In this document: piece by piece, positions 19,709 to 30,396 of the stretch
How positions within the stretch are numbered: position 1 is the first letter of the stretch
Layout: each line of letters opens with the position of its first letter
Assembly (NCBI GenBank): GCA_045587165.1
Contig: JAZNBT010000055.1
Location: 7,017-71,016 of the forward strand
Reading direction: 5' to 3'
From: Alphaproteobacteria bacterium
GTDB taxonomy: Bacteria > Pseudomonadota > Alphaproteobacteria > CAAGCB01 > CAG-977
DNA: 64,000 bases
Program-made: the position numbers and the translations under genes
Notes under the pieces: generated by a model
The model's input: only the letters and a program-made list of their open reading frames with translations
Databases searched by the model: none
Told to the model about the DNA's origin: nothing

Positions 19709-20470
19709 TTGAAAAATATGACAATTCATTTCAAAAGACGGGGTTTTTTTAAAACAATGACTTTACTTATTTATGTAAAGCTTATTGTTCCGATGCTGCG
19801 ATCAAAAAATTCGCCTGAAATAACGGCTCGCGGGGCGATGATCGGTATGGGCTGGGCCATGACGCCGTTGGTCGGGATTCAGATGTATCTGGTTTTTATG
19901 ACATGGCTTTTTACCAGAAAAGTTTTTAAATGGAATTTCAATTTGCCGGTCGGTTTGGCGTGGACATGGGTGACAAATGTTTTTACCGTACCGATGTTTT
20001 ACTATGCGTTTTATGTTACCGGCAAAGTGATGATGGGCGAATTTGCCGAAAGAACGACTTATGCCAAATTTTATGGTTTAATTAAAACGATTTTAAATGA
20101 AAACGGTATAGTTGAAGCTTTGAAAGCAACGGCCGCCGTTTTAATTAAAGACTGGGGCGTCGCCATGATGATCGGATCGATTCCTTGGATTATTTTCGGA
20201 GCCTGGGGGGCTTACGCATGGACGCTGTGGTATGTTCGCCGGCGTAAAGCGACTTTGGAACGCCGTTTGGAAAACCGTCAGAAAAAGCTTGAAAAGAAAA
20301 TCGAAACGACGCAAAAAAGATTCGAACGTAAAATCGAAAAAGCCGAACAGAAAATGGAAGTTAATCAGCTGAAGTTTGAAAATAAACAAAAAAAACTGGA
20401 AACAAAGCTGGAAAAAACGATCGCGGCTCAAGAAGAAGCCAGACTCGATAAATTCAGGGATGAAAATTAA
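19709..20470 (+). CDS. DUF2062-like polytopic membrane protein with C-terminal Lys/Glu-rich coiled-coil repeat extension
   Basis: 253 aa. N-terminal 170 aa hydrophobic; C-terminal 75 aa is a repetitive KKLEKKIE / KIEKAEQK-type heptad-like segment. Confidence 0.45.
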   Translation: MKNMTIHFKRRGFFKTMTLLIYVKLIVPMLRSKNSPEITARGAMIGMGWAMTPLVGIQMYLVFMTWLFTRKVFKWNFNLPVGLAWTWVTNVFTVPMFYYAFYVTGKVMMGEFAERTTYAKFYGLIKTILNENGIVEALKATAAVLIKDWGVAMMIGSIPWIIFGAWGAYAWTLWYVRRRKATLERRLENRQKKLEKKIETTQKRFERKIEKAEQKMEVNQLKFENKQKKLETKLEKTIAAQEEARLDKFRDEN

Positions 20471-21240
20471 TGAAAAAAACGACGCTCTGTTTTTCGGAAA
20501 ATGTTCGCTCTCGTTTTTTTTCGCGTAAAAACGGCGTTTCGACAGGTGATTTTGCTTCTTTGAATTGCTCCGTAAAGGTAGGCGATGATCCGGCTAAAGT
20601 TCGTGAAAATATGCGCCGGGTATCGGGCAATTTAGGTTGTACCGTGGAAAAGTTGTTTGTGTTGCACCAAACGCATTCATCAATCGTTGTGCCGGTTGTA
20701 TCGCGTGAACCGTTTGAAAAAACACCGTATGGCGATGCGTTGGTGACGGATCAATCCAATATCTTTTTAGGAATTAAAACGGCGGACTGCGCTCCCGTTT
20801 TATTGGCGGATGCTCAAAACGGAGTTGTCGCCGCTGCTCATGCCGGATGGCGCGGGGCGGTCGGCGGCATTTTGGAAAATACGGTGCAAACGATGGTCGA
20901 AATGGGAGCCGAAATAAATAATATTTCAGCTTTGATCGGGCCGTGCATCGCGCCGCAATCTTATGAAGTCGGTGAAGATATGAAGGAAGCTTTTTTGCAG
21001 GCGGATGCGAAGGCTTCTTTGTTTTTTGTTCCCGCCGGAGCGGGAAAATACAGATTCGATTTGCCGGGGTACGTTCTGGCCAGATTGGAACGTCAGGGAA
21101 TCGGAGCGGCCGAATGGGTCGGCGAAGATACGTATGCTTTGGAAAAAGAATACTTTTCACACCGCCGTTCGACACAAAAAGGCGAAAATAGCGGACGACA
21201 GATTTCCGTAATAGGACTGTTGGACAGCTCTTTGTTTTAA
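20470..21240 (+). CDS. pgeF: YfiH/PgeF family laccase-domain protein (purine nucleoside phosphorylase / peptidoglycan editing factor)
   Basis: 256 aa. DUF152 conserved His/Cys motifs (HAGWRG, CIAPQSYEVG). Confidence 0.85.
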   Translation: MKKTTLCFSENVRSRFFSRKNGVSTGDFASLNCSVKVGDDPAKVRENMRRVSGNLGCTVEKLFVLHQTHSSIVVPVVSREPFEKTPYGDALVTDQSNIFLGIKTADCAPVLLADAQNGVVAAAHAGWRGAVGGILENTVQTMVEMGAEINNISALIGPCIAPQSYEVGEDMKEAFLQADAKASLFFVPAGAGKYRFDLPGYVLARLERQGIGAAEWVGEDTYALEKEYFSHRRSTQKGENSGRQISVIGLLDSSLF

Positions 21241-21260
21241 TCACAGATAAGGGATAGAAA

Positions 21261-22193
21261 ATGAAAATTTTTTCAGGAAACAGCAATATTCCGTTCGCAC
21301 AAGCGGTCGCAGGTTATATGGACACATCGTTGTCTAAGTGTTCCGTTCGCCGCTTTGCAGATAACGAGGTTTTCGTTGAAGTGCAGGAAACCGTTCGCGG
21401 ACAGGATGTTTTTATCATTCAGCCGACCAGTTCGCCGGTCAACGACCACTTAATGGAATTGTTGATTATGTTGGATACGTTTAAACGTTCTTCGGCTCGC
21501 AGAATTACGGCGGTTGTCCCTTATTTCGGTTACGCCCGTCAGGATCGCCGTTCAGCACCTCGTACTCCGATTTCGGCTAAATTGGTTGCCGATTTGATTA
21601 CTTCCGCCGGTGCCAACCGTGTGGTGACGATGGATTTGCACGCCGGACAAATTCAAGGTTTTTTCAATATTCCGGTCGATAATCTGATGGCCGCACCGGT
21701 TATGGTTAAAGACATCATGTATCATTTTCGCGATAAAACGCCGATGATTGTTTCGCCCGACGTCGGCGGTGTGGTTCGTGCGCGCGGAATCGCTAAACGC
21801 TTGCATGCCGATCTGGCGATTATCGATAAGCGTCGTGAACGTGCCGGCGTATCCGAAGTGATGAATATCATCGGTGACGTTGAAGGTCAGGATTGCATTT
21901 TGGTTGACGATATCGTCGATTCCGCGGGAACATTATGTAATGCGGCGGTCGCGTTGAAGAACGCGGGGGCAAGTTCCGTTCATGCTTATGTCACGCATGG
22001 CGTACTATCCGGCGAAGCGGTTAAACGCGTAACGGATTCCCCTTTGGAATCTTTGGTGATTACGGATACGATCGAACCGACGCAAGCGGTTAAAGAAGCC
22101 CGTAACATCCGCGTTGTTTCCGTTGCCGAGTTGGTTGGCGAATCGATCTTGCGCATTAGTGAAGAACGCTCCGTCACCAGTTTGTTTTATTAA
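21261..22193 (+). CDS. prs: Ribose-phosphate pyrophosphokinase
   Basis: 310 aa. PRPP synthetase signature ([11 protein letters not shown]) and PRPP-binding motif. Confidence 0.95.
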   Translation: MKIFSGNSNIPFAQAVAGYMDTSLSKCSVRRFADNEVFVEVQETVRGQDVFIIQPTSSPVNDHLMELLIMLDTFKRSSARRITAVVPYFGYARQDRRSAPRTPISAKLVADLITSAGANRVVTMDLHAGQIQGFFNIPVDNLMAAPVMVKDIMYHFRDKTPMIVSPDVGGVVRARGIAKRLHADLAIIDKRRERAGVSEVMNIIGDVEGQDCILVDDIVDSAGTLCNAAVALKNAGASSVHAYVTHGVLSGEAVKRVTDSPLESLVITDTIEPTQAVKEARNIRVVSVAELVGESILRISEERSVTSLFY

Positions 22194-22206
22194 AATAAAA
22201 TTTTTC

Positions 22207-22237
22207 GAAAAGCCCTTTGTTTCGGCAGAGGGCTTTT
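22207..22237 (+). terminator. Rho-independent terminator after prs
   Basis: GCCCTTTGTTTCGGCAGAGGGC hairpin followed by T5. Confidence 0.7.
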
Positions 22238-22380
22238 TCATTTGGAAAAAGCTTTAATTCTGTTGATTTTGTTTCAAAAACGGTGTAAACAGACGAGAGC
22301 TTTTCGCGCAGTGCGAAAAACAGCGGTTCAGGCACCCCTGGAGGCGGAACCGTTTTTACTTTAAATTAAGGATAAAAGTT

Positions 22381-22998
22381 ATGGCTAAAACTACTTCCAT
22401 TCGCGTTAATGAACGCAAAACGGCAGGTAAGGGGGCGGCTCGTGCAGAACGTCGCGCCGGTTTGATTCCCGGTGTGATTTACGGTGAAAAGAAAGAACCC
22501 GTAATGTTCTCTATCTCCGCCTTGGATTTGGACGCTCAGATGCGTCAGAAAGGTTTCTGGACACGTCAGTTCGAAATCGAAGTCGGCAAAAACAAATATC
22601 ACGCCATTTGTCAGGATATTCAGGTGCATCCGTTGACGGATCGCCCGATTCATATCGATTTCTTGCGTGTTTCCGAAAATGCGGAATTGGAAATCGAAGT
22701 TCCTGTTATTTACGAAAACGAAGCTGCTTGCCCGGGCTTGAAGTTGGGCGGTACTTTGAACGCTATTTATCGTGAAATCGAAATTTCCTGTAAGCCGAAA
22801 GACATTCCGGAACAGTTGGTTGTCGATTTGTCCGGCTTGAACATCGGCGATGTCGTTAAAATGGGCGATGTCAAATTCCCCGCCGGCGTTAAACCGGTCG
22901 AAGACATGGATACGACGATTGCCGCGATTGCCGCTCCGTCTTCTATGGAAGAAGCGGTTCCGGCGGCTGATGCTGCGGCTCCTGCGGCTGAAGCGTAA
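22381..22998 (+). CDS. rplY: 50S ribosomal protein L25 / general stress protein Ctc
   Basis: 205 aa. L25 N-terminal domain and Ctc-type C-terminal extension with Ala/Pro-rich tail; prs-ctc-pth synteny. Confidence 0.9.
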   Translation: MAKTTSIRVNERKTAGKGAARAERRAGLIPGVIYGEKKEPVMFSISALDLDAQMRQKGFWTRQFEIEVGKNKYHAICQDIQVHPLTDRPIHIDFLRVSENAELEIEVPVIYENEAACPGLKLGGTLNAIYREIEISCKPKDIPEQLVVDLSGLNIGDVVKMGDVKFPAGVKPVEDMDTTIAAIAAPSSMEEAVPAADAAAPAAEA

Positions 22999-23015
22999 TA
23001 TAAAGGATCGGCCGG

Positions 23016-23594
23016 ATGTTTTTGGTTGTTGGTCTTGGGAATCCGGGATCGGAATATAAAAACAACCGGCATAACGTAGGATTTATGGCGGCGGACGAAT
23101 TGTTCCGCCGCTATAATTTTTCGTCATGGCGTAAACGATTTCAAGGCGAAACGGCCGAAGGAACGATAGACGGCAATAAAGTTTTATTGCTTAAACCGCA
23201 AACGTACATGAATAATTCCGGAGAATCCGTCCTAGCGGCAATGTCTTTTTATAAAATTCCGGTTCAAAACATTATTGTCATTCATGATGACATGGATTGT
23301 TCCGTCGGAAGATTGAAAGGAAAAACCGGAGGCGGTTCCGGCGGCCATAACGGCCTGAAAAGCATAGATAAACATTGTTCCGTCAACTATATGCGCATTC
23401 GCTTGGGAATCGGCCGTCCTTTGCGTCCGGAGCAGGTGATAAATTGGGTAATTTCCGATTTTTCCAAGAAAGATCGGGAAAAAATAAATAATTTGTTGGA
23501 AGATATGGCGGAATCTTTTCCGCATGTTTTAACCGGCGGAACGGCGGAATTTACTTCCAGACTGGCGGTATATCAGCAGAAAAAAGGAAAATGA
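23016..23594 (+). CDS. pth: Peptidyl-tRNA hydrolase
   Basis: 192 aa. Motifs GLGNPG and HNGLKS. Confidence 0.92.
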   Translation: MFLVVGLGNPGSEYKNNRHNVGFMAADELFRRYNFSSWRKRFQGETAEGTIDGNKVLLLKPQTYMNNSGESVLAAMSFYKIPVQNIIVIHDDMDCSVGRLKGKTGGGSGGHNGLKSIDKHCSVNYMRIRLGIGRPLRPEQVINWVISDFSKKDREKINNLLEDMAESFPHVLTGGTAEFTSRLAVYQQKKGK

Positions 23595-23595
23595 A

Positions 23596-24699
23596 ATGGG
23601 ATTTAATTGCGGAATAGTAGGCTTGCCGAATGTGGGCAAATCGACTTTATTTAACGCTTTAACGTCGACGATGGCCGCTCAGGCGGCGAATTATCCGTTT
23701 TTTACGATTGAACCGAACGTCGGTCGCGTAGCTGTTCCCGATCCGCGATTGCAGATTTTATCGGATTTGGCCGTTTCAAAGCAGACCATTTATACGCAGT
23801 TGGAATTTGTCGATATTGCCGGATTGGTTAAAGGGGCGTCCAAAGGCGAAGGTCTTGGCAACCAGTTTTTGGCATCCATTCGCGAAGTCGATGCCATCGT
23901 GCATGTTTTAAGATGTTTTGAAAACGGCGATATTACCCATGTTGAAGGGTCGATTGATCCGGTTCGTGATGCGGAAACGATTGAAACGGAATTGATGTTG
24001 GCCGATTTGGACAGTTTGGAACGCCGGATTGTTCCGTTTGAAAAGAAAGCCCGAGCCGGTGAAAAAGAAGGCAAGGAAATGGTTGCCGTCATGCAGCCGG
24101 TATTGGATGCCTTACGGGACGGAAAGCCCGCCAGAACGGTTCGTTTCGAAGACGAAGAAAAGCAAAAACTTTATAAGCAGCTGTATTTGCTGACTTCCAA
24201 GCCTGTTTTATATGTTTGCAATGTGGACGAAGCATCTGCAGCGACCGGCAACGAATTTTCCGCTCGCGTTTTTGAAATGGCTGAAAAGCAAGGCAACCAA
24301 GCCGTCGTTATTTCTGCCGCGATTGAATCCGAAGTCGCTTTATTGGAAGACGCCGCCGAACAAAAAGAGTTTTTGGAAACGCTCGGATTGGAAGAAACCG
24401 GATTGAATCGTGTTATCGCAGCGGGATACAAGTTATTAAATTTGAAGACGTTTTTTACGGTCGGTCCCAAGGAATCCAAAGCTTGGACGATTAAGGACGG
24501 TATGACGGCTCCGCAAGCGGCAGGAGTCATACATTCCGACTTTGAAAAAGGGTTTATTCGAGCGGAAGTTATTTCTTATGAAGATTTTATCGCGTGTAAA
24601 AGCGAAGCGAAAGCGCGCGAAATGGGAAAACTCCGTTCCGAAGGCAAAACGTATGTTATGCAGGACGGGGACATTTGTCATTTTCTGTTTAATGTTTAA
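23596..24699 (+). CDS. ychF: Ribosome-binding ATPase YchF (Obg-like)
   Basis: 367 aa. G1 motif GLPNVGKST and TGS domain; pth-ychF synteny. Confidence 0.95.
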   Translation: MGFNCGIVGLPNVGKSTLFNALTSTMAAQAANYPFFTIEPNVGRVAVPDPRLQILSDLAVSKQTIYTQLEFVDIAGLVKGASKGEGLGNQFLASIREVDAIVHVLRCFENGDITHVEGSIDPVRDAETIETELMLADLDSLERRIVPFEKKARAGEKEGKEMVAVMQPVLDALRDGKPARTVRFEDEEKQKLYKQLYLLTSKPVLYVCNVDEASAATGNEFSARVFEMAEKQGNQAVVISAAIESEVALLEDAAEQKEFLETLGLEETGLNRVIAAGYKLLNLKTFFTVGPKESKAWTIKDGMTAPQAAGVIHSDFEKGFIRAEVISYEDFIACKSEAKAREMGKLRSEGKTYVMQDGDICHFLFNV

Positions 24700-24710
24700 G
24701 GTCGATTAAA

Positions 24711-25166
24711 ATGCGCTTGGCTCTTTTTGAACCGGATATTCCTCAAAATACGGGAACGTTGTTGCGTTTGGCGGCGTGCTTTGATTTGCCGGTGGATATT
24801 ATCGAACCGTGCGGATTTGTTTTTAACGATCAAAAAATGCGTCGTGCCGGCATGGATTATCTGGATATTGTTGACTGCACCCGTCATAATTCATGGCAGG
24901 ATTTTTACGAACAGCGTCAGGGACGGATTGTGTTGTTGACGACAAAAGGGGCGCAGACGCATACGTCGTTTTCTTTTCAAGCCGATGACATTTTGTTATT
25001 AGGTCGGGAAAGCGCAGGAGTTCCCGATTATGTACACAATGCGGCGGATGCGCGTTTGCGTATTCCCATGCGCGCTGAAACGCGTTCGATTAATGTTGCG
25101 ATATCGGGCGCGATTGTTTTAGGGGAAGCTCTGAGACAAACGGGCGGTTTTGAAAAATTGGTATAA
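24711..25166 (+). CDS. trmL: tRNA (cytidine/uridine-2'-O-)-methyltransferase TrmL (SpoU family)
   Basis: 151 aa. SPOUT fold with conserved C-terminal knot motifs. Confidence 0.8.
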   Translation: MRLALFEPDIPQNTGTLLRLAACFDLPVDIIEPCGFVFNDQKMRRAGMDYLDIVDCTRHNSWQDFYEQRQGRIVLLTTKGAQTHTSFSFQADDILLLGRESAGVPDYVHNAADARLRIPMRAETRSINVAISGAIVLGEALRQTGGFEKLV

Positions 25167-25199
25167 AAAAACCTCGCCATCAGCGAGGTTTTTGTTTTT
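25165..25199. terminator. Bidirectional terminator between trmL and the convergent yggS
   Basis: CCTCGCCATCAGCGAGG hairpin flanked by A-run and T-run. Confidence 0.7.
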
Positions 25200-25860
25200 A
25201 GTATTTTCTTTCTCCGAATAAAGCGGTTCCGACGCGAACGTAAGTAGCGCCTTGTTGAACGGCGATGTCGTAATCATCGCTCATTCCCATGGATAATTCG
25301 CTTAATCCCGCTTCTTTCGCCAACTTTTTCAAGAAAGCGAAGTGCGGAGACGGTTCGTCGTCAACCGGAGGAATGCACATTAATCCGACGACATTCAATC
25401 CCAAGTCGCGGCATTTTTCTACAAGAGTAATTGTTTCACGTGAAACACAACCGCCTTTTTGCGGTTCGTTTCCGGTGTTGACCTGAATGAAACAAGGCAG
25501 GTTTTTGCCCTGCTTTTTCATTTCCGCTGCTAGCTTTTCCGCTAATTCGATTCTGTCAACCGTTTCAATGACGTCAAACAAAGATATGGCTTCTTTGACT
25601 TTATTGGTTTGAAGCGAACCGATTAAATGCAATTTTAAATCGGGAAATTGTTCTTTTAACGCCGGATACTTATTTTGCGCTTCCTGTACGCGATTTTCAC
25701 CGAAGACGCGATGTCCCGACTGCAATAAAGGCAGAATTTCTTCTGCCTCGTGCATTTTGGAAACGGCCACTAAAGTGACGTCTTCCTTTTTTCGCCCGCA
25801 GGCGGCGGCCGCTTGTTCGATTTTAGCGGTTACCGTCTGCAGATTTGATAAAGCGTTCAT
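25198..25860 (-). CDS. yggS: PLP homeostasis protein YggS
   Basis: 220 aa. Alanine-racemase-N-like TIM barrel with conserved PLP lysine region; contains the third parS copy within its coding sequence. Confidence 0.85.
   Translation of the reverse strand: MNALSNLQTVTAKIEQAAAACGRKKEDVTLVAVSKMHEAEEILPLLQSGHRVFGENRVQEAQNKYPALKEQFPDLKLHLIGSLQTNKVKEAISLFDVIETVDRIELAEKLAAEMKKQGKNLPCFIQVNTGNEPQKGGCVSRETITLVEKCRDLGLNVVGLMCIPPVDDEPSPHFAFLKKLAKEAGLSELSMGMSDDYDIAVQQGATYVRVGTALFGERKY
25432..25447. promoter_or_regulatory. parS: parS centromere-like site, copy 3 (intragenic, within yggS)
   Basis: Exact TGTTTCACGTGAAACA, about 19.4 kb from copies 1 and 2. Confidence 0.8.
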
Positions 25861-25870
25861 GTCGACCTGC

Positions 25871-27088
25871 TTAGAATGTTAAGTTGACGCCGACCGCGAC
25901 AGCCGGGCCTTTGTTGCTTAAACTGCGATCGTCGGATGCGGAATCAAAATCGACATAAGCCACGTCCATAAAGGCGTTTACACCTGCCAGAATTTTGTAT
26001 TGACCGGACAGCTGATAAATGCTGTAAACGTCTTTTTTGTCTGCGACCGTCAGACTGTTTGCTCTTGACTGCAATACGTTTGCGCTGACGGCATAGGGGC
26101 CTGCGCTGAACTTAACGCCGAAATCCCAGCTTTCGCCTTTTGCCATATTCTCAAAATCATTTAAGAACACTGCCGTTTCACGAGACATATTTGTATAGTG
26201 ATAGGAACCGCCGACGGTCCAGTTGCCGATTCCGATATTTAAACCCGCGCCGTATTCATTGATATTCTTTTCTTGATCAGGAATGCCGTTTGCGCGCAAA
26301 TTCGGTTTGTAAACCGTATACGCGGCACTGGCTTCAACATTGAATTTGCCGAAATCGCCCTGATACAAGGCTATCGTATCCGCGCCGTATTTAAACAGTT
26401 TTCTGCCGCCTTTTGAATTTAACATATTGTCACTGTCTTTACCTTTGGTTTTATTCCCCGGAATTAAACTGACGCCGAATGTAAATCCGGAATATGTCGG
26501 GGTAATGTAGGACAACTTTGTGGAAATGTTATCCAAGAGAGCGTAAGTCGCTTTGTTATAAGAAAAACCCGTAGGCGGCACGATAATACGTCTGAAATCC
26601 GTTTCCTGCAATCCAAGTGTGCTGACGGTCGGTGAAGTAACGGCCATTTGATTGGAAACGTTTTTGACATTACCGAGGATAATACGACCAATAGTCGAAT
26701 CTACGGTCATATATGTTTCATCAATCGTTTGGTCTGATGTATCGCTGTCTGTTCCGGCTTCTAACTGAACCATGGCGCCGATTTTTACGCCGTTTTGCAA
26801 AGTCGTTGAGCCCGAAAAGTAAATTTCGGCGTCGCCCAGTAAATCGACGTTGTTGTACTCTCCGATTTCCAAGGGTGCGCTGATTGTTCCTACATTTGTC
26901 GTACGTCTTTGGTTGGAATATGTTCCGTACCAGGTCATGTAACCGCCCAACTGCAGTTCAATCGGTTGATCGAAGGCTTCAACGGTCGTTGATTGATCTG
27001 ACTGTGTTTTTGACGTTGTCTGAGCCAGAACCGCCGATGCAAAAAAAGCGGTCGTCAAAAAAACAGTGGAAAATAGTTTCTTTTTCAT
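25871..27088 (-). CDS. Outer-membrane beta-barrel porin (alphaproteobacterial porin-like)
   Basis: 405 aa. Signal peptide (...ASAVLA/QT), alternating amphipathic beta-strands, C-terminal Phe (VNLTF). Confidence 0.6.
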   Translation of the reverse strand: MKKKLFSTVFLTTAFFASAVLAQTTSKTQSDQSTTVEAFDQPIELQLGGYMTWYGTYSNQRRTTNVGTISAPLEIGEYNNVDLLGDAEIYFSGSTTLQNGVKIGAMVQLEAGTDSDTSDQTIDETYMTVDSTIGRIILGNVKNVSNQMAVTSPTVSTLGLQETDFRRIIVPPTGFSYNKATYALLDNISTKLSYITPTYSGFTFGVSLIPGNKTKGKDSDNMLNSKGGRKLFKYGADTIALYQGDFGKFNVEASAAYTVYKPNLRANGIPDQEKNINEYGAGLNIGIGNWTVGGSYHYTNMSRETAVFLNDFENMAKGESWDFGVKFSAGPYAVSANVLQSRANSLTVADKKDVYSIYQLSGQYKILAGVNAFMDVAYVDFDSASDDRSLSNKGPAVAVGVNLTF

Positions 27089-27264
27089 TTGAAGAATCCC
27101 TGCTTAAAAGTTGTAAAATAAAAATACGAATAAAATATATTCTAATAAATTTGTAAATAAACTGTTAGCTGTTAAAAAGGTGATATTTGTTAAAAAACAA
27201 TACTTATTTTTATTATTCGGGATTTGATAAATATGCTATTGTGAAAAAAACGAAAGGGTAAAAA

Positions 27265-27786
27265 ATGAATAAAAAATATGCGGCAATGGCTTTATGCGGT
27301 TTGTTGGCGGCCTGTCAATCGGATCAAGTTGAATATAAATATCCGAAAAAAGTTTACGGACGCTATGAAATGCCGTCCGAAAAAATCGAACAAGATACGG
27401 TTTTTGATAAAAAATATCTGACGTTTAGTATCGGCGGACAAAAAGAAGATAAAAACCCTGTTCGAACAGAAGGAGCGGCGGAAAAATCGGCAGAGATCAA
27501 TGCTCGTCGGAAAACGGATCTCTGGCCGTTTGTTTTGCCTGTTTTATCACAATATCCGATTGCTTTGATGCAGCGGGGAGAATTCGCGTCGACGGAATGG
27601 TTCACCGATCCCGAAAATGCGTCGCGTCAATTAAAAATCAATGCCGCAAAAGTCGGAACGGATGTCAAAATAACCGTTCTTTGCCGACAAAAAGACGAAA
27701 ACGGCGAATGGATCAATCAAAAAAATGATGCAACGCTTGCAGATAAAATAAAAAATGATATTGTGAAACAATCGTTTAACAACTAA
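27265..27786 (+). CDS. Hypothetical lipoprotein
   Basis: 173 aa. Lipobox LLAAC; no recognised domain. Confidence 0.4.
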   Translation: MNKKYAAMALCGLLAACQSDQVEYKYPKKVYGRYEMPSEKIEQDTVFDKKYLTFSIGGQKEDKNPVRTEGAAEKSAEINARRKTDLWPFVLPVLSQYPIALMQRGEFASTEWFTDPENASRQLKINAAKVGTDVKITVLCRQKDENGEWINQKNDATLADKIKNDIVKQSFNN

Positions 27787-27810
27787 TTTTGGGCGCTGAA
27801 AGTTTCTATT

Positions 27811-30396
27811 ATGACCGAAGAAAGATATAATTTTCGTACAACCGAAGAAAAGTGGCAGAAAGCTTGGGAAAAAGCCGAAGTTTTCAAGGCGAAGGATTCC
27901 TCTGACAAGCCGAAGTATTACGCTTTGGAAATGTTTCCGTATCCGTCCGGTAAAATTCATATGGGGCATGTGCGAAATTATGCTCAAGGTGATGTGATCG
28001 CCCGTTTCAAGCTGGCTCAAGGATATGACGTGTTGCATCCGATGGGCTGGGATTCTTTCGGCTTGCCCGCGGAAAACGCCGCGATTAAACATGGCGTTCA
28101 TCCTGCGAAATGGACGCGTGAAAATATCGCCAATATGCGCGAAGAAATGAAAAAAATGGGGCTTTCCATCGATTGGAGCCGCGAAGTTTCGACGTGCGAG
28201 GTTGAATACTATAAACATGAACAGAAAATGTTTCTGGACTTTTTAAAGAAAGGTTTGGCGTATCGTAAGGATTCTTGGGTGAACTGGGATCCGGTGGATC
28301 AAACGGTCCTGGCCAATGAACAGGTTGTTGACGGCAAAGGATGGCGAACGGGGGCTCCGGTCGAACGGCGCAAGTTGTCCCAGTGGTTTTTGAAAATCAC
28401 GGATTATGCCGACGAATTGTTGGAAAATCTGAAAACAATGGACGGTTGGCCCGAAAAAGTCCGCATCATGCAGGAAAACTGGATCGGCAAGTCTTATGGC
28501 GCTTATATGTATTTTCCCGTTATCGGTACGGATAAAACGTTGGAAGTTTTTACAACACGGGCCGATACGTTGTTCGGTGCTTCTTTCTGTGCTATTTCGG
28601 CTGGTCATCCGATTGCGCAGGAATTGGCTAAAACCAACCCCGAACTGGCAAAGTTCATCAAAGAATGCGAGGCTTTGGGAACGTCCGTCGCTACAATTGA
28701 AACGGCGGAGAAGAAAGGCTTTGACACCGGTTTGAAGGTCATGCATCCGTTTGCCGAAGAATTTAAAAAGTTGGGCGGGAATTCCGAATTGCCGCTGTTC
28801 GTAGCCAATTTCGTATTGATGGAATACGGCACGGGCGCTATTTTTGCCTGTCCGGCACACGATCAGCGCGATTTGGATTTCGCCCGCAAATACGGTTTAC
28901 CCGTTCGCGTCGTCGTCGCACATAAAACTGAAGGCACTCCGGCTGTTGAAAATGAAGCGTTTGCTGATATTGCGGACGGTATAGCCGTTAATTCCGCATT
29001 TTTGGACGGTATGCCGACCAAAGACGCCATTCCCGAAATGATTAAGCGATTGGAAACGATCGGTAAAGGAAAAGCTACCATTCAGTATCGTTTGCGCGAC
29101 TGGGGAATTTCCCGTCAGCGTTACTGGGGTTGCCCCATTCCCGTGATTCATTGCGAACATTGCGGTATCGTTCCCGTTCCCGAAAAGGATTTGCCGGTAA
29201 TCTTGCCCGAAGACGTGACATTCGAAGCTTCCGGCGGAAATCCGCTGGAACGTCATCCGACTTGGAAGCATACGGTTTGTCCGGTATGCGGCAAGCCCGC
29301 TTTGCGCGAAACGGATACGTTTGACACCTTCTTTGAATCTTCGTGGTATTTCGCGCGTTATGCCTCGCCGCATGAAACGGATTGCGGTTTTAAAAAGGAT
29401 GCTGCGAACCATTGGTTGCCGGTCGATCAGTATATCGGCGGTATCGAACACGCGGTTATGCATTTGTTGTATGCCCGTTTCTTTACGAAAGCGTTGCGTG
29501 ATTGCGGCTATTTGGATATTGACGAACCTTTCAAAGGTTTGTTCACTCAAGGAATGGTCTGCCATGAAACGTACAAAGACGTTGACGGAAACTGGCTGTT
29601 CCCGACGGATGTCGAAAAGAAGTCGGACGGTACGGCGGTAAAGATCAAAGACGGTACGCCCGTTACGGTCGGTCGTTCCGAAAAAATGAGTAAATCGAAA
29701 TACAATTTGGTTGATCCTGAAACGATTTTATCGACTTACGGGGCTGATGCCGCGCGTGTTTTCATGTTATCGGATACCCCGCCGGAACGTGATCTGGAAT
29801 GGACGGAAGCGGGCATAGACGGCGCCTGGCGTTATATTAACCGTTTGTGGCGTATGGCGTTGGCTTGTCCGGAACGGACGGTAAAGCCCGAAATGTTGTC
29901 CGATAAAGCCGATAAATTAATACGTATGACGCATAAAGCGATTGTTTCTGTGACGGAAGATCTGGAAAAGCTGCGTTTTAACGTTGCCGTTGCGCGTTTG
30001 CGTGAAATGAGCAACGCCATCGGTGAATTAAAGTTGAACGATGACGGCGATAAATATGCGTATCGTTTTGCTTTTGAAACGCTGGTTCGTTTAATGTCGC
30101 CGATTGCCCCTCATATTACCGAAGAGATGTGGCATTTTATCGGAAATGAAACGTTGTTGGCTTCGGAAAAATGGCCTGTTGCCGACGCAGCTTTGGTTGC
30201 AGACGATAAAATCACCATGGCCGTTCAGGTTATGGGGAAAATGCGTGGTACGATCGAAGTTGCTAAAGACAGCGATGATGAAGCCGTCAAAGAAGCGGCA
30301 TTGGCTTTACCGACGGTTCAAGCGCAAATCAAAGGCAAAACCATTCGTAAAATCATTGTTGTAAAGAATAAAATCGTCAATGTCGTTGCTGCGTAA
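27811..30396 (+). CDS. leuS: Leucine--tRNA ligase
   Basis: 861 aa. HMGH and KMSKS class I motifs plus CP1 editing domain. Confidence 0.97.
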   Translation: MTEERYNFRTTEEKWQKAWEKAEVFKAKDSSDKPKYYALEMFPYPSGKIHMGHVRNYAQGDVIARFKLAQGYDVLHPMGWDSFGLPAENAAIKHGVHPAKWTRENIANMREEMKKMGLSIDWSREVSTCEVEYYKHEQKMFLDFLKKGLAYRKDSWVNWDPVDQTVLANEQVVDGKGWRTGAPVERRKLSQWFLKITDYADELLENLKTMDGWPEKVRIMQENWIGKSYGAYMYFPVIGTDKTLEVFTTRADTLFGASFCAISAGHPIAQELAKTNPELAKFIKECEALGTSVATIETAEKKGFDTGLKVMHPFAEEFKKLGGNSELPLFVANFVLMEYGTGAIFACPAHDQRDLDFARKYGLPVRVVVAHKTEGTPAVENEAFADIADGIAVNSAFLDGMPTKDAIPEMIKRLETIGKGKATIQYRLRDWGISRQRYWGCPIPVIHCEHCGIVPVPEKDLPVILPEDVTFEASGGNPLERHPTWKHTVCPVCGKPALRETDTFDTFFESSWYFARYASPHETDCGFKKDAANHWLPVDQYIGGIEHAVMHLLYARFFTKALRDCGYLDIDEPFKGLFTQGMVCHETYKDVDGNWLFPTDVEKKSDGTAVKIKDGTPVTVGRSEKMSKSKYNLVDPETILSTYGADAARVFMLSDTPPERDLEWTEAGIDGAWRYINRLWRMALACPERTVKPEMLSDKADKLIRMTHKAIVSVTEDLEKLRFNVAVARLREMSNAIGELKLNDDGDKYAYRFAFETLVRLMSPIAPHITEEMWHFIGNETLLASEKWPVADAALVADDKITMAVQVMGKMRGTIEVAKDSDDEAVKEAALALPTVQAQIKGKTIRKIIVVKNKIVNVVAA

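Noticed and set aside
28243-29565. 205-aa and 222-aa minus-strand ORFs inside leuS
   Set aside because: Antisense shadow ORFs within leuS; no independent signals.
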